Part shown: in pieces, positions 1 through 8,987 of the stretch
Layout: each line of letters opens with the position of its first letter
Position numbering within the stretch: position 1 is the stretch's first letter
From: an uncultured delta proteobacterium
GTDB lineage: Bacteria > Desulfobacterota > Binatia > UBA9968
Reading direction: 5' to 3'
DNA: 64,000 nt
NCBI GenBank assembly: GCA_963771465.1
Contig: CAVYTU010000012.1
Location: 128,001 to 192,000, forward strand
Made by a program: the position numbers and the translations under genes
The notes under the pieces: model-generated
Database searches by the model: none
Told to the model about the DNA's origin: nothing
What the model saw: only the letters and a program-made list of their open reading frames with translations

Positions 1-2503
1 CGTCCGCCCCTTCGCGGTCGGGGAAGAGTTCGGTCAGCTTGCCGAGCTCGGCGACAGATTTTTCCAGGAAGCGGTCGAGCTTGTCCTTGAGCGCGGCGTC
101 GCGATCGGTCAAGGCGGCGCTGTTGAGATTCTCGGTATTCACCAAAATCTCCTGCTGTTCGCGGGCAAGCTCTTGCAGTTCGTTACTCTGGCGTTGCATC
201 TCGCCTTGCATCCGGCCCATGCCCGAAGCCATCTGCGAGCGCTGCATGTTTTGCATCGCCGCCAGCATTTGCGCCATCTGGTTAAACATCTCGCGCGCTA
301 ACTGGCGCGCGCCTTCGATGTCGCCGGCTTGGAGTTTTTTGCGAATCTCATCGAGGGCCTTGAACATTTGATCCATGCCGAGACCCTGCATCTGTTCGGC
401 GTTCATGAAGTCGTCGGGCATCTGCTGCGCCAACTGCGACATCGCTTGCTGCAGGGCAGACAGAGACTTGGCCATGTCGGCCAGCTGTTTCATGATCGCA
501 TCGAGATTTTTATCACCGCTCTGAAGTTTTTCCAGGGAGTCCATCAGACGTTCCTGGCTGCGCGCCAGGTCCTGCGCCGAGTTGGCGAGATCCTGGGCTT
601 TCATGCGCTTGCTGATGTCCTCGGATAACATCGCCATGCGCTCGAGCTCGGCCGAAATATCGTCGCCGGCTTTCAGTTTATCCTGGTCGGATGCCGCCTG
701 CTCTTGCTTGCGCAGCAACTCGTCTTTGGTGAACTCCATATTGCGCTTGAGCGCTTCCAAATCGGACCAGGTGGCGAAATCGGACATGCGGTCTTTCTCG
801 GTGCGGCGCATCACTTCTTCAGTGCGTTTGATCGCATCGGTCAAGTTTTGCTCGAAACGCTGATGCAAATCCTTGGATTGCGGTGTCGGCTTCTCGCCAG
901 GCTGCGGCTTTTCCAAATGATCGGCGAGCAGATCGACCATGCGGCTGTTCAAGTCGCGCACCATCTCGGTGATCTGCTGGTGTTCGCCCTTGAGATTCTT
1001 AAGCTTCAAACGCACCGAGCGGGAGGTGCCGATCTTCGGCCCGGAGATGGTGTCGTTGTCGAACACTTGCAAGAAGAAAATCGCTTCCTCGCCGTCGCGC
1101 AGCGCAAGCTTGTTGAGATCCCATTTATACTGATCGCGCAGAACGAGCCGTTTGTTGTCGTCTTTCTGCAAACGGACCTTGTCTTCGCGGTCGCCGATCT
1201 TGGCGATGAGATTGATCTCGGAAATGCCGAAATCGTCGCGCGCGCTGTATTCCAGATTCAAAACTTCGTCGCCGTTGATCTCCAAATCTTCCGTTGGCCG
1301 GAGCAGATCGACGGTGGGAAATCCGTCCGGTTTGACTCTGAGCTCATAGCTGATCGGCGTGTTGCGAAAACCATGCTGGTCTTCGACAAAAATTTGATAG
1401 GACTGGGATTGGAACAGCACCAGGCTCGCTTGCAACTTGCGGCCGTCGATCTTGAGCGGGACTTTCTTGCCGTCACCCATGACGATCTCGGCTTTGACGA
1501 CGTCTTTCGTCGTCAAAGCGTCGAGACGCACGGTCGAGCCTTTTAGCCCTTCGATGCCGCCTTCGGCTGCCGCGACCGAGCCGAGGCCGGTGTAGGCGGG
1601 CGGGTAAAGCATTAATTGGACATTGGCGATTTCCGGTGGATCGATCGCTTCGGCTTTATACGTGGCGGAAGTGAGGCCGGCGCTGGCGACGCGGTAATTG
1701 AGCGTTCTTTCGAGGCGCGCGATTTTGGCGCTGAACTTTCCCGCGCCGAGATTTTCCATGGCGGCTTTTTCCGCGCCGATGAGCTCGCCGCGCTCGTTGA
1801 CGCCTTGCCAGGTATGTAATTCCAACGCCTCCGGAATGGCGCCGGTGGCCGCGGCTTGGATTGTCACCGGTGTGCCGCGCACCACGCGCAGCCCCTTCGG
1901 TTCGATGGCCAGATTCGTTTCGCTGGGCGGCAAGTAATCGAGCGGCCGGGTTAACATGCTGATCGTACCGCCGACCCAAGCGGGATTGAATAGCAACATC
2001 GCCGCCACCGGCGCGACGAGAAATCCGAGCAAACGCAAACTCGAGTTGAGCCGACGAGTATCGAGCAACTCATCGATTTTGAGGCTGGCAACCTGCTTCC
2101 TGGTCGTCCGCAACAGCGCCATCACCATCGACGCCGAAAAGCCCGGGGCATTTTTCGCGGCGACGATCTGGGGATAGAGTTGCAGTGAATTAATTAAGTT
2201 ATTTCTGAGCTTGGGTTGTTTCCGCTCGATGTAAAGCGCGGCCCGTTCTTGCGAGAGCCGGCCGAGAAATCGAAGGACCGTCCAGCCGATCACCGCGACC
2301 AGGACCAAACCGGTGACGACGCTATAAGCGAGCGGCGCGTAGGGTAGGTAATTCTTTAGGTAAAAGATCGCCGGGCCGGCGGCGAACAGCAGCACGGCGC
2401 AGATCGCCGTCAGGCAAACTCCCTCGAAGCCTTGAAGAAACTTGAAGCGCCGAATGAAGCGTTTCAGGAACGAGGATAACTCTTGATATTCTTCCTGTCC
2501 CAT
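1..2503 (-). CDS. DUF4175-like membrane protein with Ig-like middle and long Gln/Met/Glu-rich coiled-coil region (3' end runs off window)
   Basis: Read manually because it is absent from the ORF track (no stop in window). ATG at 2503 gives MGQEEYQELSSFLKRF..., then TM helices, LRNNLINSLQL, YPPAYTG, ARDDFGI, DNDTISGPK and coiled-coil; frame stays open to the window edge. Confidence 0.8.
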   Translation of the reverse strand, partial: MGQEEYQELSSFLKRFIRRFKFLQGFEGVCLTAICAVLLFAAGPAIFYLKNYLPYAPLAYSVVTGLVLVAVIGWTVLRFLGRLSQERAALYIERKQPKLRNNLINSLQLYPQIVAAKNAPGFSASMVMALLRTTRKQVASLKIDELLDTRRLNSSLRLLGFLVAPVAAMLLFNPAWVGGTISMLTRPLDYLPPSETNLAIEPKGLRVVRGTPVTIQAAATGAIPEALELHTWQGVNERGELIGAEKAAMENLGAGKFSAKIARLERTLNYRVASAGLTSATYKAEAIDPPEIANVQLMLYPPAYTGLGSVAAAEGGIEGLKGSTVRLDALTTKDVVKAEIVMGDGKKVPLKIDGRKLQASLVLFQSQSYQIFVEDQHGFRNTPISYELRVKPDGFPTVDLLRPTEDLEINGDEVLNLEYSARDDFGISEINLIAKIGDREDKVRLQKDDNKRLVLRDQYKWDLNKLALRDGEEAIFFLQVFDNDTISGPKIGTSRSVRLKLKNLKGEHQQITEMVRDLNSRMVDLLADHLEKPQPGEKPTPQSKDLHQRFEQNLTDAIKRTEEVMRRTEKDRMSDFATWSDLEALKRNMEFTKDELLRKQEQAASDQDKLKAGDDISAELERMAMLSEDISKRMKAQDLANSAQDLARSQERLMDSLEKLQSGDKNLDAIMKQLADMAKSLSALQQAMSQLAQQMPDDFMNAEQMQGLGMDQMFKALDEIRKKLQAGDIEGARQLAREMFNQMAQMLAAMQNMQRSQMASGMGRMQGEMQRQSNELQELAREQQEILVNTENLNSAALTDRDAALKDKLDRFLEKSVAELGKLTELFPDREGAD

Positions 2504-2645
2504 AGGTCACGAACAAGCGGCATCTTATCCCTGTTTATGGGGGCTTGTCCATACGATGACCGCAGTTCGGCGGTGGCAACCGGTTAATGCATGTGTTATG
2601 GAACCATGATTCACCAGCGTATACGTGAAAGGAACTGTTAGCGGC

Positions 2646-4226
2646 ATGGATAATCGAGAACAAGAAGAACTAAAACTTCATGAAGGGCATGACGATGACT
2701 TCGACGAAGACGAAGCAGAAATGGATGAAAATCATCCGATGTGGCGCTCGGAGCGGATCACGCTCAACTCCGTCGGCATCGACATCGGCTCTTCGACTTC
2801 GCACCTGATTTTTTCGCGCTTGACCCTGCGCCGCCAGGGCGTCGCGTTGTCGAGCCGTTTCGTGGTCGTCAATCGCGAGATTATCCACGAATCGCCGATT
2901 CTCTTGACTCCCTACATCGACAAAACCACCATCGACACCAACAAACTGGGCGACTTTATCCACGAAGCCTACCGCAACGCGCAGTTGACTCCGGAAGACA
3001 TCGACACCGGGGCGGTCATTGTTACCGGCGAAGCGGTGAAAAAGAAAAACGCCGAGGCGATCGCCGCGCTGTTTTCCGCCGAGGCGGGAAAGTTCATTTG
3101 CGCCACCGCCGGTCATAACCTGGAATCGATTCTGGCGGCTTACGGATCGGGCGCGGTCCATATGACCTATCACGAGGGCGGCGATTTCACGGTGATGAAC
3201 GTCGATGTTGGCGGCGGCACCAGCAAAGTGGCGATCGTTCAAGGCGGCAAAGTGATCGACACCTGCGCCGTCGAAGTCGGCGCGCGGCTGATCGCCATGG
3301 ACGAAAACGGCGTCATCAACCGGCTCGAAGACACGGCGCTTAAGATCGCCAAAATGACCGGCATCGACGGGCTCAAGCTGGGGGGCACGATCAGCGACGA
3401 GCAAAAAGATAAATTTGCCCAGTGCCTCACCGATTCACTGTTTGCCGTGCTTGAGCGCGGCAAATTGGCGCCGGAGGTTGAGAACCTTTTGCTCACGCCC
3501 AATCTCGACTTCCGCGATCCGATCCACGCGGTGATGTTTTCCGGCGGCGTTTCAGAATTTATCTACGGCTATGAGAAACGTAATTTAGGCGATCTCGGCG
3601 TGCAACTGGGCAAAAAAGTCCGTGCCCGCGCCAACCAGTTGGGCGGCGGCAAGATTGCTCTCCGGCCTGCCGAAGTGCGCATCCGCGCCACGGTTATCGG
3701 CGCGTCGCAGTACACCGTGCAGGTGAGTGGCAATACGATTTACTTATCTCACCCCGAATTGCTGCCGCTGCGCAATCAGCAGGTGGTCACGCCGCAGATC
3801 GAACAGAAGGAGTCGATCAGCGCCGCCGAGATCAAAGAAGCGGTCGAGCGCGCCCTGCAACGCTTCGACGCCCATGATGTCGAGCGCGCCGTGGCCTTGG
3901 CGATCCATTGGGAGCTGGGGCCGTCTTACCCATTGATTCGTACGTTGGCCGAAGGTTTGGTCGGCGCCATGAAAGGCCACATCGACAACGGCCAGCCGTT
4001 GGTCTTAGTCTTCGACGCGGACATCGCCAAACTGATGGGTAACATCATCGAGCGCGAGCTGATACCGGGGGCGGGGATTATTTCCATCGACGGCATCGAT
4101 CTCAAAGATTTCGATTTCGTCGACATCGGCCAGGAGTTGCCTGACGCCAAGGCGGTGCCGGTGGTGATCAAGTCGTTGATTTTCCGCAGCACCGAACACG
4201 GGCGCGGCCATCATACTCAGCATTAA
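2646..4226 (+). CDS. EutA-like ethanolamine ammonia-lyase reactivating factor family ATPase
   Basis: SVGIDIGSSTSHLIFSRL, TGAVIVTGEA, ATAGHNLESILAAYGSGA, NVDVGGGTSK, IRATVIGASQYTVQVSGNTI, DFVDIG, PVVIKSL motifs. Confidence 0.85.
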   Translation: MDNREQEELKLHEGHDDDFDEDEAEMDENHPMWRSERITLNSVGIDIGSSTSHLIFSRLTLRRQGVALSSRFVVVNREIIHESPILLTPYIDKTTIDTNKLGDFIHEAYRNAQLTPEDIDTGAVIVTGEAVKKKNAEAIAALFSAEAGKFICATAGHNLESILAAYGSGAVHMTYHEGGDFTVMNVDVGGGTSKVAIVQGGKVIDTCAVEVGARLIAMDENGVINRLEDTALKIAKMTGIDGLKLGGTISDEQKDKFAQCLTDSLFAVLERGKLAPEVENLLLTPNLDFRDPIHAVMFSGGVSEFIYGYEKRNLGDLGVQLGKKVRARANQLGGGKIALRPAEVRIRATVIGASQYTVQVSGNTIYLSHPELLPLRNQQVVTPQIEQKESISAAEIKEAVERALQRFDAHDVERAVALAIHWELGPSYPLIRTLAEGLVGAMKGHIDNGQPLVLVFDADIAKLMGNIIERELIPGAGIISIDGIDLKDFDFVDIGQELPDAKAVPVVIKSLIFRSTEHGRGHHTQH

Positions 4227-4233
4227 AGAAACC

Positions 4234-4307
4234 GAGAATGGAGGATCGAGGATGGAAGATCGCGCCTGAGATTGTTTACGATTTTCCATCTTCTATCCTC
4301 CATCGTT
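4234..4307. repeat. Inverted heptamer-array hairpin: 4 x GAGGATS-like, spacer, 4 x CATCCTC-like
   Basis: GAGAATG GAGGATC GAGGATG GAAGATC ... GATTTTC CATCTTC TATCCTC CATCGTT just after the eutA stop. Confidence 0.75.
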
Positions 4308-4386
4308 GCCCTTTTGTTACATTGACTTCCTGCGGGATTTCTATTACTTTTTTCGAAAATCCTTACATTACAGGTGCTTAACTTTT

Positions 4387-4572
4387 ATGGAAGAAGCCAG
4401 CGGACTGCATAATTTTTTGGAAATTTTAACTAAGCCCGACAATATCCCGATTGTCGGGATGCTCATTTTGGTCATCTTCTTCAGTTGGCTTGGGCTGCGC
4501 CAAGCCTTTAGGAACGACAAGCTGATCGAAGAAGGCAAAGAGGACCAAATCTCCAACGAAATGTGGAAATAG
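4387..4572 (+). CDS. Small single-TM protein (61 aa)
   Basis: MEEASGLHNFLEILTKPDNIPIVGMLILVIFFSWLGLRQAFRND...; stop directly abuts the next ATG at 4573. Confidence 0.65.
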   Translation: MEEASGLHNFLEILTKPDNIPIVGMLILVIFFSWLGLRQAFRNDKLIEEGKEDQISNEMWK

Positions 4573-5406
4573 ATGTTGCGAACGTGGCTGGCGGCGTGTG
4601 CCGTCGCCGTCGCTCTTTGCCTGGAGTTTGGGATTTCTCTGGCGGCCGAAGCTGAATCTCCTTTAGTTAACAATCCGAGGTGGCAACAGGCGCGTAAAGA
4701 TCTGGCCCAAGGCAAGGCGGGCGAGGCCAAGGCGGCTTTTGAGGAACTACTTAAGCAGCATCCCCATGACGCTGACCTGCAATTGTTCCTCGGCATGGCG
4801 CTGTTGCGGTTGCGCGATCCGCAGGCGGCGGTCTTGGCGATTAAGAAAGCCATTGGCATCGATCCGAACCATGTCGAAGCGCGAACGCTGCTGGGTTACG
4901 TCGAGCTGGAAATCCGCGGCGACGTGAACGCGGCGATCCGCGAGTATCAAAATGTTATCGAGCTCCAACCCGATCGCGCCGAGGCCTATAGCAATCTCGC
5001 GGTAGCGCAAAAGAAAAAAGGCGATCTCGAACAAGCGATCTTGAGCTTGAATAAGGCGCTGGAGCTGAAACCCGGCTTTGCCAACGCGCTGACGACGCGC
5101 GGCGGGATATTCGCGGATCAGAATAAGTGGTCCGAAGCGCGGCGCGATTTCGAAGCAGCGCTGAAACTCAATCCCAACGACGACGGCGCGCTCTATGGCT
5201 TGTCCCAGTCGCTCCGCGAAGCGCGTGACTACGGCGGCGCGCAGCGAGCCTTGAGTGAGCTGATTGCCCGTTCTCCCAATTTCGTCTATTGGCTGGAATG
5301 GGGTAGAATCGGCTTAATCCGATATTGGTGGGCGCTCCTCTTGATCGCCGTCGGGTGGGGGCTAAAAGGCCGGTTTATGAAAGCAAGGACGGAAGCAAAT
5401 GGCTGA
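4573..5406 (+). CDS. Tetratricopeptide repeat protein with signal peptide and C-terminal membrane anchor
   Basis: Several TPR units (AEAYSNLAVAQKKKGDLEQAILSLNKALELKP); hydrophobic N- and C-termini. Confidence 0.85.
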   Translation: MLRTWLAACAVAVALCLEFGISLAAEAESPLVNNPRWQQARKDLAQGKAGEAKAAFEELLKQHPHDADLQLFLGMALLRLRDPQAAVLAIKKAIGIDPNHVEARTLLGYVELEIRGDVNAAIREYQNVIELQPDRAEAYSNLAVAQKKKGDLEQAILSLNKALELKPGFANALTTRGGIFADQNKWSEARRDFEAALKLNPNDDGALYGLSQSLREARDYGGAQRALSELIARSPNFVYWLEWGRIGLIRYWWALLLIAVGWGLKGRFMKARTEANG

Positions 5407-5944
5407 AGCGAAGAAGCGCAAAGGTACGGCTCTGTTGGCCGTCATGAATGAAAATTGTTCGAGCTGCGCTGGTTCACCGATCTGCGAGCTGCATTGTCCA
5501 GTCGAGAACTGCATCAATCTACTCTACGAAGAAACCCCCGCCGGCGGACTAAAACCCTACCGCGTCTGGGTCGATAACGATAAATGCATCGGCTGCCAAA
5601 TGTGTTACAGCGATGATTTGACTAAGATCCATCGTCATAAAGAAACTGGCGAAATATTTCGCGAGTATGCGGGCCGATACTACGATAGTTCGAAAAGGCC
5701 GCTCGAAACCGAACAGGTACCCAAGAAATTTCAGCTGGAGCTGATTGGCACCGAATCCGAGGATCGCCTCGACAAGAAAATCTGTCCGTGGGACGCGATC
5801 AAGATGTATGAATTCGACGAGGGTGTCGAACTCTCGGAGTATTTTTACGACATTACCAAGATCAAAGAAGTCAACGGCGTTCACGTTGTCGATTCAAAAG
5901 AAAAAGCGCGCTTGGAAGACAAGCAAAGCGAGCTCTACGACTAG
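5399..5944 (+). CDS. 4Fe-4S dicluster ferredoxin-like protein with a long insertion
   Basis: CSSCAGSPICELHCP and CIGCQMC...(~60 aa)...KICPWDAI. Confidence 0.75.
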   Translation: MAEAKKRKGTALLAVMNENCSSCAGSPICELHCPVENCINLLYEETPAGGLKPYRVWVDNDKCIGCQMCYSDDLTKIHRHKETGEIFREYAGRYYDSSKRPLETEQVPKKFQLELIGTESEDRLDKKICPWDAIKMYEFDEGVELSEYFYDITKIKEVNGVHVVDSKEKARLEDKQSELYD

Positions 5945-6189
5945 GCCGGATTATTCGCGGTAAAAGTCCAATCGAGGTGTAACCCTTCCGGAACGAAAGC
6001 AAAGCAGTTGTGCCTTGAAGACGCCAGCGGGGCAAGTTGTTTATGAGATCAGCACCGAAAAGGTCAACCATCGTGCCGAGCGCCGAGCGCAAAATGACCA
6101 TTTGCGCCGGTGCCTTCGTTCCTCCAGGGTCACGCCTCGATTGACAGAGTGTCGTCAGGTTTCCTCGTAGCATTAATAATCCGGGCTAG
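5941..6189. mobile_element. Non-autonomous MITE-like structured repeat, copy A
   Basis: Terminal IR CTAGGCCGGATTATT / AATAATCCGGGCTAG (14 of 15 complementary); ~80% identity by eye to copies at 46552 and 60236. Confidence 0.75.
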
Positions 6190-6214
6190 GTTGATAAACC
6201 GGGAGCAAGCGAGC

Positions 6215-7597
6215 ATGGCTGGAAAAATCGAAATCATGGAGACCGTGTTGCGCGACGCGCATCAGTGTTTGATCGCCACGCGTATGCGCACCGAAGACAT
6301 GCTGCCCATCGCCGCCACGCTCGACGAGGTCGGCTATTGGTCGCTGGAAACCTGGGGCGGCGCGACCTTCGATGCCACGTTGCGTTTTCTTAAAGAATGT
6401 CCGTGGGAGCGTCTGCGCAAACTGCGCGCGGCGATGCCCAAAACGCGCTTTCAGATGTTGCTGCGCGGTCAGAACGTGGTCGGTTATCGCAACTATCCCG
6501 ACGACGTTGTTCGAGCGTTCGTCGAGCGGGCCGGCGCCAATGGCATCGACGTGTTTCGTATTTTCGATGCCATGAACGATGTCCGCAATATGAAAACGGC
6601 CATCGAAGCCGGCCTAAAAGCCGGCAAGCTGGTCGAAGGGACGGTTTGTTACACGATCAGTCCGGTGCATTCACCGGATTATTTTTTGCGCGTGGCGGAA
6701 AAGCTCGCTGAGATGGGCGTGCAAATCATTTGCTTGAAAGACATGGGCGGGCTCTTGGCGCCCTACGCCGCCTACGAAATAATCAAGAAAATCAAATCGC
6801 GCATCGCCTTGCCGTTGCACCTGCATTCGCACTGCACGGCGGGCTTGGCGCAGATGACCTACATGATGGCGATCGAAGCGGGTGCGGATATTCTCGATAC
6901 GGCGATCTCACCTTTCTCTCAGGGAACTTCGCAGCCGGCGACTGAACAAATCGCCGCCGCGCTCAAAGGCACGCCGCACGATACCGGCTTGGACCTGGAC
7001 AAACTTGCCAAGATCGCCGAGTATTTTTATCGCATCCGGCCAAATTACACCGAGTTCGAAAGCCCGGTGAATAATCAAATCAAGACTGACGTGCTGATCT
7101 CGCAAATTCCCGGCGGCATGCTGTCCAACCTGGTCGCCCAACTGCGCCAACAGAAGGCGGAAGACAAGTTGGATTTAGTCTTGGCGGAGATGCCTCATGT
7201 GCGCAAAGACCTCGGCTATCCGCCGCTGGTCACGCCGACCAGCCAGATGGTTGGTGCGCAAGCCGCGCTCAACGTCATGACCGGCAAACGCTATTCCGTG
7301 GTCAACATGGAAACGCGCAATTACGTCATGGGTCTCTACGGCGAAGCGCCGGGACAAATCAGCGATGAAATGAAACAGAAAGTGCTCGGCAAGAAAGAAG
7401 CGATCACCTGCCGGCCCGCCGATCTCTTAAAGCCCGGTCTCGAACAGGCGCGCAAAGACTCCTACGGCCTGGCGCGCAGCGAAGAGGACGTGATCACCTA
7501 CGCGCTGTTTCCCGAGATCGCCAAGGATTTCTTCCAGTTTCGTGCTGCGCAGGGCGGGGAAAAGCCTCCGGCCGCCGGCAGTCAGCCGTCCGCTTAG
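6215..7597 (+). CDS. Pyruvate carboxylase subunit B / oxaloacetate decarboxylase alpha-type carboxyltransferase, lacking a biotinyl domain
   Basis: LRDAHQCLIATRM, WGGATFD, QMLLRGQNVVGY, KDMGGLL, HSH, PGGMLSN, YPPLVTPTSQ. Confidence 0.9.
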   Translation: MAGKIEIMETVLRDAHQCLIATRMRTEDMLPIAATLDEVGYWSLETWGGATFDATLRFLKECPWERLRKLRAAMPKTRFQMLLRGQNVVGYRNYPDDVVRAFVERAGANGIDVFRIFDAMNDVRNMKTAIEAGLKAGKLVEGTVCYTISPVHSPDYFLRVAEKLAEMGVQIICLKDMGGLLAPYAAYEIIKKIKSRIALPLHLHSHCTAGLAQMTYMMAIEAGADILDTAISPFSQGTSQPATEQIAAALKGTPHDTGLDLDKLAKIAEYFYRIRPNYTEFESPVNNQIKTDVLISQIPGGMLSNLVAQLRQQKAEDKLDLVLAEMPHVRKDLGYPPLVTPTSQMVGAQAALNVMTGKRYSVVNMETRNYVMGLYGEAPGQISDEMKQKVLGKKEAITCRPADLLKPGLEQARKDSYGLARSEEDVITYALFPEIAKDFFQFRAAQGGEKPPAAGSQPSA

Positions 7598-7638
7598 ATT
7601 TGGCGATTGGCTCACCCTAGGCTGATCGTTTGGCCGGT

Positions 7639-8529
7639 TTAAAGAATCTTATTGAGGGGATACTCGATTATACCCACCGCGCCGCTCTGCATCAGCTTGG
7701 GAATCAAGTCTCTCACTTGCCGTTCGTCGATCACACTCTCGATTGAGAACCATTTTACGCCTTTTAAGCTCGGCGATGGGTAAAGCGTCGCCACCGTCGG
7801 GGCGGTGATGCTAGGGATAAGTTCGATGACCTTTTCCAGGTCCGCTTCCGGAACGTTGAGTTTGATGCCGACTTTGGCTTCCGCCGATAGCGCGCCTTGC
7901 AGCAGCATTTTAATCTGCTCGAGCTTGGCGCGCTTCCATGGATCGTTCCACGCCGCTTTGTTGGCGATCAGCTGCGGGCAGCTTTCCATCAGCTCGTGGA
8001 TTATTTTCAAACCGTGGGCACGGATGGTCGTGCCGGTTTCGGTGACTTCGACGATGGCGTCGACCAAACCTTCGGCAGCTTTGGCTTCGGTGGCGCCCCA
8101 GGAAAATTCCACTTCGACGGGGATATTGCGCTCGGCGAAGTAGCGCTTGGTGAAATTGACCATCTCCGTGGCGACTCGCTTGCCTTTCAAATCTTCAATA
8201 CTTTTGACCGGTGAGTCGTGCGGCACGGCGAGAACCCAACGGGTCGGACGGAAGCTTACTTTTGAGTACACCATTTCCGTCACAACGACGACATCGGACT
8301 GATTCTCCTGGGTCCAATCCTTGCCGGTGATGCCGGCGTCGAGAGTTCCCGATTCGACGTAGCGCGACATTTCTTGCGGCCGCGCCAAGCTACAGCGCAA
8401 CGTTTCATCGTCGATGGTGGGAAAATAACTGCGGCTCGAGCCGGAGATTTTCCAGCCCGACTTCTTGAACAGATCGATGGTGGCTTGCTCTAAACTGCCT
8501 TTGGGCAAGCCCAACTTTAACTCACTCAC
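7639..8529 (-). CDS. hisG: ATP phosphoribosyltransferase (long form)
   Basis: [36 protein letters not shown]-terminal regulatory domain. Confidence 0.95.
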   Translation of the reverse strand: MSELKLGLPKGSLEQATIDLFKKSGWKISGSSRSYFPTIDDETLRCSLARPQEMSRYVESGTLDAGITGKDWTQENQSDVVVVTEMVYSKVSFRPTRWVLAVPHDSPVKSIEDLKGKRVATEMVNFTKRYFAERNIPVEVEFSWGATEAKAAEGLVDAIVEVTETGTTIRAHGLKIIHELMESCPQLIANKAAWNDPWKRAKLEQIKMLLQGALSAEAKVGIKLNVPEADLEKVIELIPSITAPTVATLYPSPSLKGVKWFSIESVIDERQVRDLIPKLMQSGAVGIIEYPLNKIL

Positions 8530-8909
8530 TTTTTATAAACCTCTTTGGGATCGAAAACCCGTTCGCCGATGACATTCCAATCGCCATCGGTCCATTTGCG
8601 GAAGAAACAGCTGCGAAAACCCTCGTGGCAGGCGGCGCCGCCGACCTGGTTGACTTGAATCAAGATAGTATCGTTGTCGCAATCGATAAAAGTATCTTTG
8701 ACTTCCTGGAAATTGCCCGACTCTTCGCCTTTGAACCAGGGGCCGTTGCGCGAGCGGCTATAATAGTGAGCTTTACCGGTCTCTTTAGTTTTCTCCCAAG
8801 CTTCCTCATTCATGTAGGCGACCATCAGGACTTCGCGCGACTGATAATCTTGCACGATGACCGGCACCAAGCCGTTGCCTTTGGCAAAATCGATTTTTAC
8901 TTCCGCCAT
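8526..8909 (-). CDS. hisI: Phosphoribosyl-AMP cyclohydrolase
   Basis: [42 protein letters not shown]. Confidence 0.95.
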   Translation of the reverse strand: MAEVKIDFAKGNGLVPVIVQDYQSREVLMVAYMNEEAWEKTKETGKAHYYSRSRNGPWFKGEESGNFQEVKDTFIDCDNDTILIQVNQVGGAACHEGFRSCFFRKWTDGDWNVIGERVFDPKEVYKK

Positions 8910-8987
8910 GTCAATTTCCTCGGATCTGTTTAGCTAACATAGATAGTCGGGGGCTTCAATAAGTTGAGTCGCTGCGTCAATCGGCAG

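Noticed and set aside
704-1546. Long + strand ORFs at 39-2177 and other antisense ORFs (e.g. 28319-29248, 53591-54574, 56160-57101)
   Set aside because: They are shadows of well-supported genes on the opposite strand and have no motifs
5871-6173. ORFs across the repeat copies (5871-6173 -, 46506-46715 -, 60215-60460 +) as a small protein family
   Set aside because: Copy B has an early stop (MLRGNVTTLA*) and the copies differ by non-triplet indels, so conservation is at the nucleotide level
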